This document shows positions 62,900-64,000 of a stretch of 64,000 nt of DNA, in pieces. The stretch comes from Euprymna scolopes (Eukaryota): NCBI GenBank assembly GCA_053919585.1, contig CM132825.1, one strand, 5' to 3'. Within the stretch, counting starts at the first letter, position 1, and each line of letters starts with the position of its first letter. Made by a program: the position numbers and the translations under genes. Below the pieces are notes generated by a model. That model did not search any database and was not told where the DNA came from. It saw nothing but the letters and a program-made list of their open reading frames with translations.

Positions 62900-63170
62900 G
62901 TAAAACCCGATTGCTCCCAGCAGAAAAGCACTATTCACAAATCGATAAAAGAAACCCTTGCTATTATCGTCATAGTTACAATATCTACAAGGACAATTTA
63001 TTCATACTACAGGCCGACCATAAAACTCTATTGACCATCTTTGGGTTAAAAAAAATGTCTACCCGTCTATGATTAGACTGCTGAGGCAGTGCATAGTCTG
63101 TTGAAGTACAATTTCCAGTTAGAGTACCTATCCTTCAAACAGATCGAACATGTGGAATGAACTTCCAAGG
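62900..63170 (+). pseudogene. Ty3/gypsy RNase H remnant (continuation of the pol at 27250-28050)
   Basis: LLPAEKHYSQIDK(ETLAII), FILQADHKTLLTIFG, LKYNFQLEY correspond to the gypsy RNase H motifs E.NYSQIEKEAL and TDHKPL. Confidence 0.85.
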
Positions 63171-63261
63171 TAAATTCTGAGAATGAAATGTGAAGTGCAA
63201 AAAGCAGATTTATTAGTGCTAACAAAACAGAAAAATTACAGGACAGTTTTTCTGTGTTATA

Positions 63262-63448
63262 ACTAGGGCTATGAAATCATATTCTTTTCATTATTTTGAC
63301 TCTCGAGTATATATCAGTTATTATCTTATATGTTTTTAGATAGAGTGCTGTGGTTCTCAAGATGTGGTTACCTTGTTTTTAACTGTATCGGATATATACT
63401 CGAGAGTCAAAACAATGGTAAAGAATATTCTCTTCTCATAGCCCTAGT
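63262..63448. mobile_element. MITE-like inverted repeat (~55-bp arms)
   Basis: ACTAGGGCTATGA...ATTCTTTTCATTATTTTGACTCTCGAGTATATATC / GATATATACTCGAGAGTCAAAACAATGGTAAAGAAT...TCATAGCCCTAGT. Confidence 0.7.
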
Positions 63449-63854
63449 GATGGCATCCTACTATACAGCAAAGGGGTCGTCATACCAAAAGCAAATGAGA
63501 CAACGAAATGGAATGAGGTTGCATGTTTATATCACGTCGGGTTCACCAAAATATAGAGATGAGGAGAGAACAGCTCAGTCCACACATGTTTATAGCTAGT
63601 AGTCGCTGGGGCAAAGGAAGCCAATTACAGGAGAAAGAAAGGGCAAAGTCTTCAGTGTGTTTGCGTGTTGTCGTGGATGAGTGTGAGTTGTATCGACGAG
63701 AGTAGCTCATGTAGAATGATAAATAAAGTTTGTGTGGGTAGTTAGAAGAGGGTCATAACTAGCTTGTTGTACTCACGTTCTGCCTGGGGACAAAGCCCCA
63801 GGCGAAGTCTGCTTCCAGGCAGGGTCAGGATCAAAAAAGGTTGAGAGTTCCAGA

Positions 63855-63910
63855 TTTCAGCTTTTATATACTCTGTCATGTGATAGAGAGCTGGCTTGTG
63901 ATTGGACAAG
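63855..63910 (-). promoter_or_regulatory. CCAAT + TATA arrangement, probably part of an LTR running off the window
   Basis: Minus-strand CCAATC (63900-63905) lies about 30 bp upstream of TATATAAAAGC (~63861-63871). Confidence 0.3.
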
Positions 63911-64000
63911 CCAGGGACAAAATGGGTTTCAAATCTCAAGTCACAAGAAGTAGCTCCTGGGTGTTTGTAGCAAGTGTCAGTTGCTACAAGCATTATAAAA

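Overview
AT-rich eukaryotic (invertebrate animal-like; a mollusc/cephalopod-type genome is only a guess) repeat-dense DNA with no recognisable host protein-coding gene. About half the window (28.26-62.36 kb) is a 46-bp tandem satellite (roughly 720 units, itself a dimer of 23-bp halves, with kb-scale internal duplications). It appears to have expanded inside the U3 part of a single TG...CA LTR, which in turn splits the RNase H region of a dead Ty3/gypsy pol; a second solo LTR is nested in the satellite. The first 28 kb hold a 108-bp satellite interrupted by a solo LTR, several foldback/MITE palindromes, a near-intact 5'-truncated CR1/L2-group LINE plus five fragments, a 5S rRNA-derived fragment (possible SINE3), two families of non-autonomous Helitrons (including a 4-unit head-to-tail mixed array carrying tRNA-like A/B boxes), a dead cecropia-type mariner, a tRNA-His(GUG) copy next to a repeat-protein ORF, a cluster of inverted repeats with hammerhead-like cores, and several mini/microsatellites. 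All calls were made by eye; no database searches or alignments were run.
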